Below are positions 7,833 through 17,252 of a stretch of DNA of 59,088 nt, piece by piece. Origin of the DNA: Elainellaceae cyanobacterium (GTDB lineage Bacteria > Cyanobacteriota > Cyanobacteriia > CAKZMO01); contig JBHJGR010000073.1 of NCBI GenBank assembly GCA_050331615.1, positions 1 through 59,088 on the forward strand, in the 5' to 3' direction. Both the position numbers and the translations under genes were made by a program. The number at the start of each line of letters is the position of its first letter. Position 1 is the first letter of the stretch. The notes beneath the pieces were generated by a model. The model saw nothing but the letters and a program-made list of their open reading frames with translations, had not been told where the DNA came from and searched no databases.

Positions 7833-8885
7833 TTACGGTTCCGAAGACCGCAACCGAACACCCAGTCCGGGCTGATCTGCTGGTATCAGGCAGCCGTCAT
7901 TGAGGGTTGCTCCAATAAAAGGATCGTCCTTGAGGTTGAGGTGGCTGTCTAGGTCCAGGTGATCGGCAAAGGGGGCGAGCTGAGCCGCTGCCGTATTCGC
8001 CAGAGCACTGTCTGAATAGCAGCCAAACATCACCTGCAGTCCATGGGCACGCGCCGTATGGATCAGGCGACGGGCTTCAGCCAGCCCCCCCGACTTCATT
8101 AGCTTGATGTTGATGCCGTGGACGCGATCGCCCAGTTTGGGAATAGCCCGACTGGTAAAGCAGCTTTCGTCCACAAAAATGGGCAGGGGCGACTCCCGAT
8201 AGAGCCGGGGCAGCTCGTCCTCCGCTCCGTGCGCTAAGGGCTGCTCAATATAGGTCACTCCCCGATCGGCCAGCCAGCGGCTCATAGCGATCGCCCCTTC
8301 CGTCTTCCACCCCCCATTGGCATCGACGCTGACCTTAGTACCTGAGGAAACGTCCTTTAGAATCGCCTGGAGCATAGCCTGATCCGCCTCGATACCGTCA
8401 GGGCTGCCCAGCTTTACCTTAACGGCTCGCACCGTAACGGACTGTCGCCAGTGATGCAGCCGGGCACGGGCCTCGTCGGGAGAACTAATGCCGATGGTGA
8501 CCGAGGTGGGCACGATGCGCTGGCGATCGCCCCCCCAGAGCTGCCACAGCGGTACCCCTAGCCGCTTGCCAATCCAGTCGTGCATCGCCAAATCCAGCGC
8601 AGCGCAGGCGGCAGAAGGTACCTGGTGCTCCTCCAAAATCTGCTGGATGTCTTGCTGGTCAAAGGGCGTGAGAGAAGTCAGCGCTGGGGCAACCTGCTCT
8701 AGGCTCGCTGTAATGCCTGCAGTCGTCTGAGGAATCCCCACTGAAAAGGGGGTTGCCTCGCCCCAACCCTCTACTCCGTCCTGCCGGAGGATCAGCCAGA
8801 TATTGGTGCTAGCGGCTGAGGTGCCCCGGCTAATCGTGAGGGCGAATTGCTTATGAACCGTGAAGGGACGAAACTCCAGTTGCAT
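7833..8885 (-). CDS. enolase-superfamily dipeptide epimerase / N-acyl amino acid racemase (DgcA-like)
   Basis: Mandelate racemase/muconate lactonizing family features are present: KVKLG, VDANGGW, YIEQPL, VDESC, INIKLMKSGG. The likely start is MQLEFRPF (ATG 8885), inside ORF 7833..8936. Confidence 0.85.
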   Translation of the reverse strand: MQLEFRPFTVHKQFALTISRGTSAASTNIWLILRQDGVEGWGEATPFSVGIPQTTAGITASLEQVAPALTSLTPFDQQDIQQILEEHQVPSAACAALDLAMHDWIGKRLGVPLWQLWGGDRQRIVPTSVTIGISSPDEARARLHHWRQSVTVRAVKVKLGSPDGIEADQAMLQAILKDVSSGTKVSVDANGGWKTEGAIAMSRWLADRGVTYIEQPLAHGAEDELPRLYRESPLPIFVDESCFTSRAIPKLGDRVHGINIKLMKSGGLAEARRLIHTARAHGLQVMFGCYSDSALANTAAAQLAPFADHLDLDSHLNLKDDPFIGATLNDGCLIPADQPGLGVRLRSSEP

Positions 8886-9489
8886 TGGCAGGTCAGCAAG
8901 AGCGACTTGTGAGCAGTTCGTTCCCGATAGTATCACTGTCTATACCTTCTCCAGCCGCTTCAGGCGCGCAGGTTTGCGATGACCAATCTTTAAAGTCTGG
9001 TTAAGCTCTCCGCCCTATCGCCTTAACCTTTAGCGCTCACAACCCTTACATCCACCACACATTTCCTGTATAGACTCCTTAACGAGTTGGCACCTTGATT
9101 ATTAACCTTGTTGCCGTATGATATTTGGGACGCATCTGGTATCTTTTCTACGACCTTTCGGGTCTTTCTAAATCCCATCCAGAAACGTATCGTTCGGAAA
9201 CCTCATCGTGAGCTTTCGGACATGCTTGGGATTATGAATGCTTGAGTAGGAACTTCATTTGCCACCTCACCTTAATGATTCCCTTCTACTGATTCCCTCT
9301 GGCTCTCTCTGCAAGAAGTTTTGATGCTGAGTTGGTGGTTTGCTAGCAACTTTCTAGGGAATGGGGAGAAGGATTTAGGTCGCTCAGGTGCTGTTTGCTT
9401 TAGCTGGCGGCTGTTTCGTTAGCGGCTGTGTTTTTTTGCAACCGTTAGCGAAACGGGAATTGGAATTACTCTATTGAGGAACAGTAACT

Positions 9490-11925
9490 ATGGTCGCAAC
9501 CCCTCCTATCCAGACAGAGGAGCTGTCTATTAGCCCCTTTGGCCAAGCGCGCTCAACAATTTCAGGCGTTCCTTTAGGCACCGAAGAACTGCAAAAGCTC
9601 CACGCTTTTTGGCGCGCCAGCAACTATCTGGCGGTTGGCATGATTTATCTGCGGGAAAATCCCCTGCTCCGGGAACCCCTCAAGCCCGAGCACATCAAGC
9701 AGCGCCTTCTGGGCCACTGGGGATCCAGCCCCGGCATCAGCTTTCTCTATACCCACATGAACCGCATCATTAAAAAATTCGACCAGGAGATGCTGTTCAT
9801 GGTGGGCGCTGGCCATGGTGCCCCCGGTTTCCTCGGCCCCTGCTACCTGGAGGGCAGCTACTCCAACTACTATCCCGAGTGCAGCGAAGACCTGGAGGGG
9901 ATGCAACAGTTCTTCAAGCAGTTCTCCTTCCCTGGGGGTATCGGCAGCCACTGCACCCCTGAAACGCCCGGCTCCATCCATGAAGGGGGCGAGCTGGGCT
10001 ATAGCCTCTCCCACGCTTTTGGGGCAGCGTTTGATAACCCCGATTTGATTGTGGTGGCCATGCCGGGAGACGGGGAATCGGAGACTGGCCCATTGGCCAC
10101 CTCCTGGCACTCCAACAAGTTCCTCAACCCGATTCGGGACGGGGCGGTGCTGCCCGTACTGCACCTGAACGGCTACAAGATCAACAACCCTACCATCCTC
10201 TCCCGCATCAGCCACCGGGAGCTGAAGGCCCTGTTTGAGGGCTACGGCTACGAACCCTATTTTGTAGAGGGCTCTGACCCCGAATCCATGCACCAGGCTA
10301 TGGCGGCCACCCTGGATCACTGCGTTGCTAAAATCCATAGTATCCAGCAGGAAGCTCGCTCCAGCGGTGTCGCCACCCGGCCCATCTGGCCCATGATCGT
10401 CCTGCGTACGCCCAAGGGCTGGACGGGACCGGCCACGGTGGACGGTCGCAAGGTGGAGGGTTACTGGCGAGCCCACCAGGTACCCATGGGCGGCATGCAC
10501 AACAACCCCGAGCACCTGAAGCAGCTCGAAGCCTGGATGCGCAGCTACAAGCCCGAGGAGCTGTTCGCCGAGAACGGCGTGATCCTGCCGGAAATCCGGG
10601 AAATGGCCCCCGAGGGCATCCGACGGCTGGGATCAACGCCCCACGCCAACGGTGGCCTGCTGCGTCGGGATCTGAAAATGCCCGACTTCCGCAAGTACGA
10701 GGTGCAGGTAGAGAAGCCGGGGATCATTGAGGTAGAGAACACCCGGCCTCTCGGCGTGTTCCTGCGGGACGTGATGAAGTGCAACATGACCAACTTCCGG
10801 GTGTTTGGCCCCGACGAAAACACCTCCAATAAGCTGAACGCGGTGTATGAGGTCAGCAAGAAGTTCTGGATTGCCGACTACCTGCCCGAGGACGAGGACG
10901 GCGGCGAGCTGTCCCCCGACGGTCGGGTGATGGAGATGCTCAGCGAGCACACCCTGGAGGGCTGGCTGGAGGGCTATCTGCTCACGGGACGGCATGGGTT
11001 CTTCTCCACCTACGAGTCCTTTGTCCACGTGATTGACTCCATGTTCAACCAGCACGCCAAGTGGCTGGAAATCTGCAACCACATCCACTGGCGCGAGAAG
11101 ATTCCCTCCCTCAACCTGCTGATTACCTCCACCGTGTGGCGGCAGGATCACAACGGCTTCACCCACCAGGATCCCGGCTTCCTGGACGTGGTGCTGAACA
11201 AAAGCCCGGACGTGGTGCGCATCTATCTGCCCCCCGACGTGAACACCCTGCTGTCGGTGGCGGACCACTGCCTGCGCAGCAAGAACTACGTCAACGTCAT
11301 CGTGTCCGACAAGCAGATGCACCTCCAGTATCACGATATGGAGGCGGCGATTAAGAACTGCACCAAGGGCATCGACATCTGGGAGTGGGCCAGCACCGAC
11401 GAGGGCGTGGAGCCCGATGTGGTGATGGCCACCGCAGGCGACATTCCCACCCAGGAATCCCTGGCGGCCTCCTGCATCCTGCGGGAGCACTTCCCCGACC
11501 TGAAGATTCGCTTTATCAACGTCATCGACCTGTTCAAGCTCCAGCCCGAAAGCGAGCACCCGCATGGGTTGAGCGATCGCGACTTTGACAGCCTCTTCAC
11601 CCTGGACAAGCCCATCATCTTCAACTTCCACGGCTATCCCTGGCTGATTCACCGCCTCACCTACCGCCGCACCAACCACAAGAACCTGCACGTGCGCGGC
11701 TATAAGGAGAAGGGCAACATCAACACGCCCCTGGACCTGGCCATTCAGAACCAGATTGACCGCTTCAGCATCGCCATCGACGTGATTGACCGCATCCCCA
11801 GTCTCAAGGTGGCGGGTGCCCACGTTAAGGAAATGCTCAAGGACGAGCAGATCGCCTGCCGCGAATATGCCTACGAGCGCGGCGTGGATCGCCCCGACAT
11901 TGTCAACTGGAAGTGGCCTTACTAG
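9490..11925 (+). CDS. xfp: phosphoketolase (xylulose-5-P / fructose-6-P phosphoketolase)
   Basis: 811 aa with [40 protein letters not shown] and [19 protein letters not shown], all phosphoketolase hallmarks. GAGGAA lies upstream of the ATG. Confidence 0.95.
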   Translation: MVATPPIQTEELSISPFGQARSTISGVPLGTEELQKLHAFWRASNYLAVGMIYLRENPLLREPLKPEHIKQRLLGHWGSSPGISFLYTHMNRIIKKFDQEMLFMVGAGHGAPGFLGPCYLEGSYSNYYPECSEDLEGMQQFFKQFSFPGGIGSHCTPETPGSIHEGGELGYSLSHAFGAAFDNPDLIVVAMPGDGESETGPLATSWHSNKFLNPIRDGAVLPVLHLNGYKINNPTILSRISHRELKALFEGYGYEPYFVEGSDPESMHQAMAATLDHCVAKIHSIQQEARSSGVATRPIWPMIVLRTPKGWTGPATVDGRKVEGYWRAHQVPMGGMHNNPEHLKQLEAWMRSYKPEELFAENGVILPEIREMAPEGIRRLGSTPHANGGLLRRDLKMPDFRKYEVQVEKPGIIEVENTRPLGVFLRDVMKCNMTNFRVFGPDENTSNKLNAVYEVSKKFWIADYLPEDEDGGELSPDGRVMEMLSEHTLEGWLEGYLLTGRHGFFSTYESFVHVIDSMFNQHAKWLEICNHIHWREKIPSLNLLITSTVWRQDHNGFTHQDPGFLDVVLNKSPDVVRIYLPPDVNTLLSVADHCLRSKNYVNVIVSDKQMHLQYHDMEAAIKNCTKGIDIWEWASTDEGVEPDVVMATAGDIPTQESLAASCILREHFPDLKIRFINVIDLFKLQPESEHPHGLSDRDFDSLFTLDKPIIFNFHGYPWLIHRLTYRRTNHKNLHVRGYKEKGNINTPLDLAIQNQIDRFSIAIDVIDRIPSLKVAGAHVKEMLKDEQIACREYAYERGVDRPDIVNWKWPY

Positions 11926-11982
11926 GGATCATTGATTTAATGTGATTTCCGGGAAAAATTTACCCCCGGTTCAAAGGCTGGC

Positions 11983-12006
11983 AGGGGCAAATGGCCATTT
12001 GCCCCT
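11983..12006. repeat. REP-A palindromic repeat, AGGGGCAAATGGCCATTTGCCCCT (perfect 24-bp palindrome)
   Basis: Read directly from the sequence. It lies 58 nt after the xfp stop. Near-identical flanks recur at 29450-29515. Confidence 0.9.
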
Positions 12007-12058
12007 ACGTCGTCGGGTAATTTCATTTCAAGAAATCACCTGAGGTGAAATTCCTGGG

Positions 12059-12087
12059 GTAGGGGCATGGAATTTCCATGCCCCTAC
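12059..12087. repeat. REP-A variant, GTAGGGGCATGGAATTTCCATGCCCCTAC (29-bp palindrome)
   Basis: Read directly. It has the same GTAGGGGCA...TGCCCCTAC frame as REP-A but a different core. Confidence 0.85.
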
Positions 12088-12098
12088 GGGTCGGGTAA

Positions 12099-13457
<1,359 letters not shown>

Positions 13458-13492
13458 AGGCGTCCTATCCCGATCGGTTGGGACGAATACCC

Positions 13493-13548
13493 GTAGGGGA
13501 AAATGGCCATTTGCCCCTACACCTTCGGGGAAAATCATTTGCCCCTAC
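13493..13548. repeat. two tandem REP-A copies: GTAGGGGAAAATGGCCATTTGCCCCTAC plus an internally shortened copy
   Basis: Read directly. They begin 36 nt after the enolase stop. Confidence 0.85.
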
Positions 13549-13639
13549 GCCCGTGGAAAATCCTACGGCCTCCGCCAGATCAATCCGGGTTTGATATGAT
13601 GCACCCATTCGCATCAACGTGATTGAGAGATTCGTATTC

Positions 13640-14104
13640 ATGAGTACTGGTGAATCAACATTTGTAATTCCCGACGACGTTAAGGCTCTGATTCCGGAGT
13701 CAAAGCAAGCCGCCATCGTCCAGGCATTTACCCAAATGGATGCCAACCAGGACGGCAAGGTTGAGTTAGACGAATACCTTAACTTTGCGCTGGCTCAGGA
13801 GAGGGAGCGGCTAACCCAGAAGTTCAAAGGGGTAGACGCTGACGGCGATGGGTGCATCGAGTTTGAAGAGTTCGTAGCGGCGGCCGAACCGAGCTTCCGC
13901 ATCCTCCAGAAGTTTCGGGAGCTAGACATTGACCAAAACGGCCTGCTTTCTGTAGATGAGGCGATCGCCATTGCCCATCAGCTCGTCCTGCCCCTGAGTA
14001 GCCAGCAGGTTCAAGCCATCATCACCAAAGCCGACCACGATGGGGATGGCCAGGTTACCTACTACGAGTATCTGGGGGCGATCGCCCAGGTTGGTTTTCA
14101 GTAG
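13640..14104 (+). CDS. calmodulin-like Ca2+-binding protein with four canonical EF-hands
   Basis: The loops DANQDGKVELDE, DADGDGCIEFEE, DIDQNGLLSVDE and DHDGDGQVTYYE all fit D-x-[DN]-x-[DN]-G-x-[ILV]-x3-E. I prefer ATG 13640 (MSTGEST) over GTG 13619. Confidence 0.85.
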   Translation: MSTGESTFVIPDDVKALIPESKQAAIVQAFTQMDANQDGKVELDEYLNFALAQERERLTQKFKGVDADGDGCIEFEEFVAAAEPSFRILQKFRELDIDQNGLLSVDEAIAIAHQLVLPLSSQQVQAIITKADHDGDGQVTYYEYLGAIAQVGFQ

Positions 14105-14110
14105 ATTCCA

Positions 14111-14131
14111 GTAGGGTGGGCACTGCCCACC
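14111..14131. repeat. palindromic repeat GTAGGGTGGGCACTGCCCACC
   Basis: Read directly. An inverted relative, GGTGGGCATTGCCCACCCTAC, lies at 48920-48940. Confidence 0.7.
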
Positions 14132-14446
14132 TTTCCCGATTGCCCTTTCCCTGTTGTCTTTGCCCTCCACCTACGATGGCTCCCACCGCTTCCCCACCCA
14201 CCGCCACCGAACGGATTCAACGGCATATTGAATCCATTTTTCCCGCCGCTGCCGCTATCCCCGAAGCGTTTCGGCTCCCGGCTCCGGTTCACCAGCGGGA
14301 GTATTTGATTAGGAGATTGTGCGCGATCGCAAATCATACTTTCTTTCCACGAACTTTATTCTATAGTTGTTTCGGCCTGGGGCACAGTAATGTGTCCTTT
14401 TTATTGTCCTGAGATTACCGGCCACTGCTCTATCACTGAGAGAACT

Positions 14447-16030
14447 ATGAACACCCTGGAACTCTGGCAACGCTACCAAGACTGGCTCTATTTCCACGCA
14501 GGGCTTGACCTATATCTGGACGTAAGCCGCATGCGGTTTGATGATGCCCTGGTGGATACCCTCAAGCCCAAGTTTGAGAAGGCTTTCAAGGACATGGAAG
14601 CGCTGGAAGGTGGGGCGATCGCCAACCCCGACGAAAACCGCATGGTGGGCCACTACTGGCTGCGAGACCCGGATCTAGCCCCGGCTAATCTTAAGAAAGA
14701 AATTGTGGAAACCCTGGAGCAGATTGAAATCTTTGCCAAGGGCGTCCATGACGGTACCATTCACCCACCGGAAGCGCCCAAGTTCACCGATATTCTTTCT
14801 ATCGGCATCGGTGGCTCGGCCCTGGGACCCGAGTTTGTGGCCGAGGCCCTAGCCCCCGACTTCCCGCCAATGAGCATCTCGTTCATCGACAACACGGACC
14901 CGGCAGGCATCGATCGCGTCCTCAATCGCATGGCGGATCGGCTAAAGAGCACCCTGATTATCATCACCAGCAAGTCCGGGGGCACCCCCGAAACCCGTAA
15001 CGGCATGCTGGAGGTGAAGCGGGTCTATGAGCAGCAGGGCCTGCACTTCCCTAGTCATGCCGTAGCCATCACCGTCCTCGGCAGCAAGATGGACGAGCTA
15101 GAGCGCATGGAGGGCTGGCTAGCGGAGTTTCCCATGTTTGACTGGGTGGGGGGGCGCACCTCAGAGATGTCTGCTGTGGGTCTGCTATCGGCTTCGCTAT
15201 TGGGGATTGATGTGCGATCGCTCCTAGCGGGGGCCAAGGAGATGGACGCCGCCACCCGCAAGCCAGATATCAGAGAAAACCCCGCCGCCCTCCTCGCCCT
15301 GGCCTGGTACGCCTCTGGCAACGGCAAAGGGGAGAAGGACATGGTGGTGCTACCCTACAAGGACAGCCTGCTGCTGTTTTCCCGGTATCTACAGCAGTTG
15401 GTGATGGAGTCCCTGGGCAAGGAGAAAGACCTGGACGGCAACACGGTCCATCAGGGCATTGCCGTCTACGGTAACAAAGGTTCCACCGACCAGCATGCCT
15501 ATGTGCAGCAGCTCCGGGAAGGGGTGCCTAACTTCTTTGCTACTTTCATTGAAGTACTGGAGGATCGCCGGGGCGAATCCATGGAGGTGGAGCCAGAAGC
15601 CACTTCTGGAGACTTTCTTTCGGGCTTTCTCCAGGGAACCCGCCAGGCCCTCTACGAGAATCAGCGGGACTCCATCACCATTACTATTCCCCAGGTCACC
15701 CCCCGCACCGTGGGAGCTTTGATCGCCCTATACGAGCGGGCGGTGGGTCTGTACGCCTCTTTGGTCAACATCAACGCCTACCACCAGCCGGGGGTAGAGG
15801 CCGGTAAGAAAGCCGCCGCCTCGGTGCTGGATCTGCAGCGGCAGGTGCTAGCAGCGTTGAAGAGTGCGGACCAACCGCTAGAGCTGGCGGCCCTGGCAGA
15901 AAAGGCGGGCGCGGCTGAGAATATCGAAACCGTCTACAAAATTGTGCGCCATCTGGCCGCGAACCAGCGGGGGGTGAGGCTGCAGGGCGATCGCACCAAA
16001 CCGTCCAGCCTGCTAGTTTCGGCCCAATAG
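14447..16030 (+). CDS. pgi: glucose-6-phosphate isomerase
   Basis: [15 protein letters not shown]..., [56 protein letters not shown] prefer ATG 14447 inside ORF 14390..16030. Confidence 0.93.
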   Translation: MNTLELWQRYQDWLYFHAGLDLYLDVSRMRFDDALVDTLKPKFEKAFKDMEALEGGAIANPDENRMVGHYWLRDPDLAPANLKKEIVETLEQIEIFAKGVHDGTIHPPEAPKFTDILSIGIGGSALGPEFVAEALAPDFPPMSISFIDNTDPAGIDRVLNRMADRLKSTLIIITSKSGGTPETRNGMLEVKRVYEQQGLHFPSHAVAITVLGSKMDELERMEGWLAEFPMFDWVGGRTSEMSAVGLLSASLLGIDVRSLLAGAKEMDAATRKPDIRENPAALLALAWYASGNGKGEKDMVVLPYKDSLLLFSRYLQQLVMESLGKEKDLDGNTVHQGIAVYGNKGSTDQHAYVQQLREGVPNFFATFIEVLEDRRGESMEVEPEATSGDFLSGFLQGTRQALYENQRDSITITIPQVTPRTVGALIALYERAVGLYASLVNINAYHQPGVEAGKKAAASVLDLQRQVLAALKSADQPLELAALAEKAGAAENIETVYKIVRHLAANQRGVRLQGDRTKPSSLLVSAQ

Positions 16031-16056
16031 GAGGAGGTTCATCCAGAGTTTGACCC

Positions 16057-17070
16057 ATGAAAGTTGCCTTTTTCAGTACCAAATCCTACGATCGCCAGTC
16101 ATTTGAGGCGGTGAACGCCAACTACCGCCATGAGCTGACGTTCTTTGACACCCAGCTCAACCCCAATACCGCCATCATTGCCGCCGACTTTCCCGCCATC
16201 TGCATGTTTGTTAACGATATTGCTAATGCGGCGGTGCTGGAAACCTTGGCGGCCCACGGTACCCGCCTGATCGCCCTGCGGTCCGCTGGCTTCAATACCG
16301 TTGATCTGCAGCGGGCCGCCGCACTGGGCATCAAAGTGGTACGGGTACCTGCTTACTCCCCCTATGCCGTGGCTGAGCACGCCGTAGCCCTGATCCTGGC
16401 CCTTAACCGCAAGCTTTACCGCGCCTATAACCGGGTGCGAGACGATAACTTTGCCTTGGAAGGGCTGCTGGGCTTTGACCTGTATGGTCGCACAGTGGGG
16501 ATAATTGGCACGGGCAAAATCGGCATGGTGTTTGCCCAAATCATGCACGGGTTTGGCTGTGCTTTGCTGGGCTATGATGCCTATCCCAATGACCAGTTTG
16601 AGGCGATCGCCCCTGCCCGCTACGTGGAGCTACCGGAACTGTTGGAAAACTCTGATGTCGTCTCGCTCCACTGCCCGCTCCTGCCCGACACCCACCATTT
16701 AATTAATGCCAATACCATTTCGCAAATGAAGCCGGGGGCGATGCTGATTAACACCAGCCGGGGGGGACTCATTGATACGCCCGCCGTCATCAACGGCATC
16801 AAGTCCGGCCAGATTGGCTACCTGGGCATCGATGTCTACGAACAGGAGGACGAGCTGTTTTTCCAGGATTTGTCTGACACCGTCATTCAGGATGATACTT
16901 TTCAGCTCCTCCAGTCCTTCCCCAACGTGGTGATTACGGCCCACCAGGCTTTTTTCACCCGCGATGCCCTGGAGAATATCGCCACCACGACCTTGTCAAA
17001 CATCACCGAGTTTGAGCAGGGGCAACCCCTCAAAAACGAAGTCCATCCTCCCACCAAGGCCACCGCGTAG
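16057..17070 (+). CDS. ldhA: D-lactate dehydrogenase / 2-hydroxyacid dehydrogenase
   Basis: Close end-to-end resemblance to E. coli LdhA: MKVAFFSTKSYD, VRVPAYSPYAVAEHAVALILALNRK, GIIGTGKIGMVFAQ, SLHCPL, NTSRGGLIDT, GIDVYEQE, ITAHQAFFT. It begins only 26 nt after pgi. Confidence 0.9.
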   Translation: MKVAFFSTKSYDRQSFEAVNANYRHELTFFDTQLNPNTAIIAADFPAICMFVNDIANAAVLETLAAHGTRLIALRSAGFNTVDLQRAAALGIKVVRVPAYSPYAVAEHAVALILALNRKLYRAYNRVRDDNFALEGLLGFDLYGRTVGIIGTGKIGMVFAQIMHGFGCALLGYDAYPNDQFEAIAPARYVELPELLENSDVVSLHCPLLPDTHHLINANTISQMKPGAMLINTSRGGLIDTPAVINGIKSGQIGYLGIDVYEQEDELFFQDLSDTVIQDDTFQLLQSFPNVVITAHQAFFTRDALENIATTTLSNITEFEQGQPLKNEVHPPTKATA

Positions 17071-17105
17071 GGGCGACGGGTCGATATGGGAGACGGAATC
17101 GGTAT

Positions 17106-17192
17106 GGCGTTACGCTTTCGCGTTAGGACATTCAAGAGGTGTGTAACCCCCGCGTCGCGAGGGTTACACACTCAAACCTTAGCCCGTAGGGC
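17106..17192 (+). repeat. REP-D dispersed element (copy 1)
   Basis: GCGTTACGCTTTCGCGTTAGGACATTCAAGAGGTGTGTAACCCCCGCGTCGCGAGGGTTACACACTCAAACCTTAGCCCGTAGGGC. Related copies lie at 19818-19904 (inverted), 45679-45765 and 45914-46000. Confidence 0.85.
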
Positions 17193-17252
17193 TGTATAAA
17201 CGGTACGTTGTAGGGATTTTCGTTACCAACCAACTATAGGAGCACACCCATC

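Noticed and set aside
8937-9489. The 553-bp spacer between the divergent epimerase and phosphoketolase genes was scanned for ORFs or RNA genes.
   Set aside because: There is no ORF with an RBS and no tRNA-like or riboswitch-like pattern. It is probably two promoters plus a long xfp leader.
9574-11823. Long antisense ORFs (313 aa and 396 aa) opposite the phosphoketolase gene.
   Set aside because: The sense strand encodes an unmistakable phosphoketolase. The antisense translations are Gly/Val/His-rich shadows with no motifs.
14116-14412. A 98-aa ORF between the EF-hand gene and pgi. The part [45 protein letters not shown] looks vaguely like the N-terminus of a real enzyme.
   Set aside because: The second half is Cys/Phe-rich and non-protein-like. 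I see no RBS and cannot assign a family. At best it is a short 5' gene fragment, so I did not call it.
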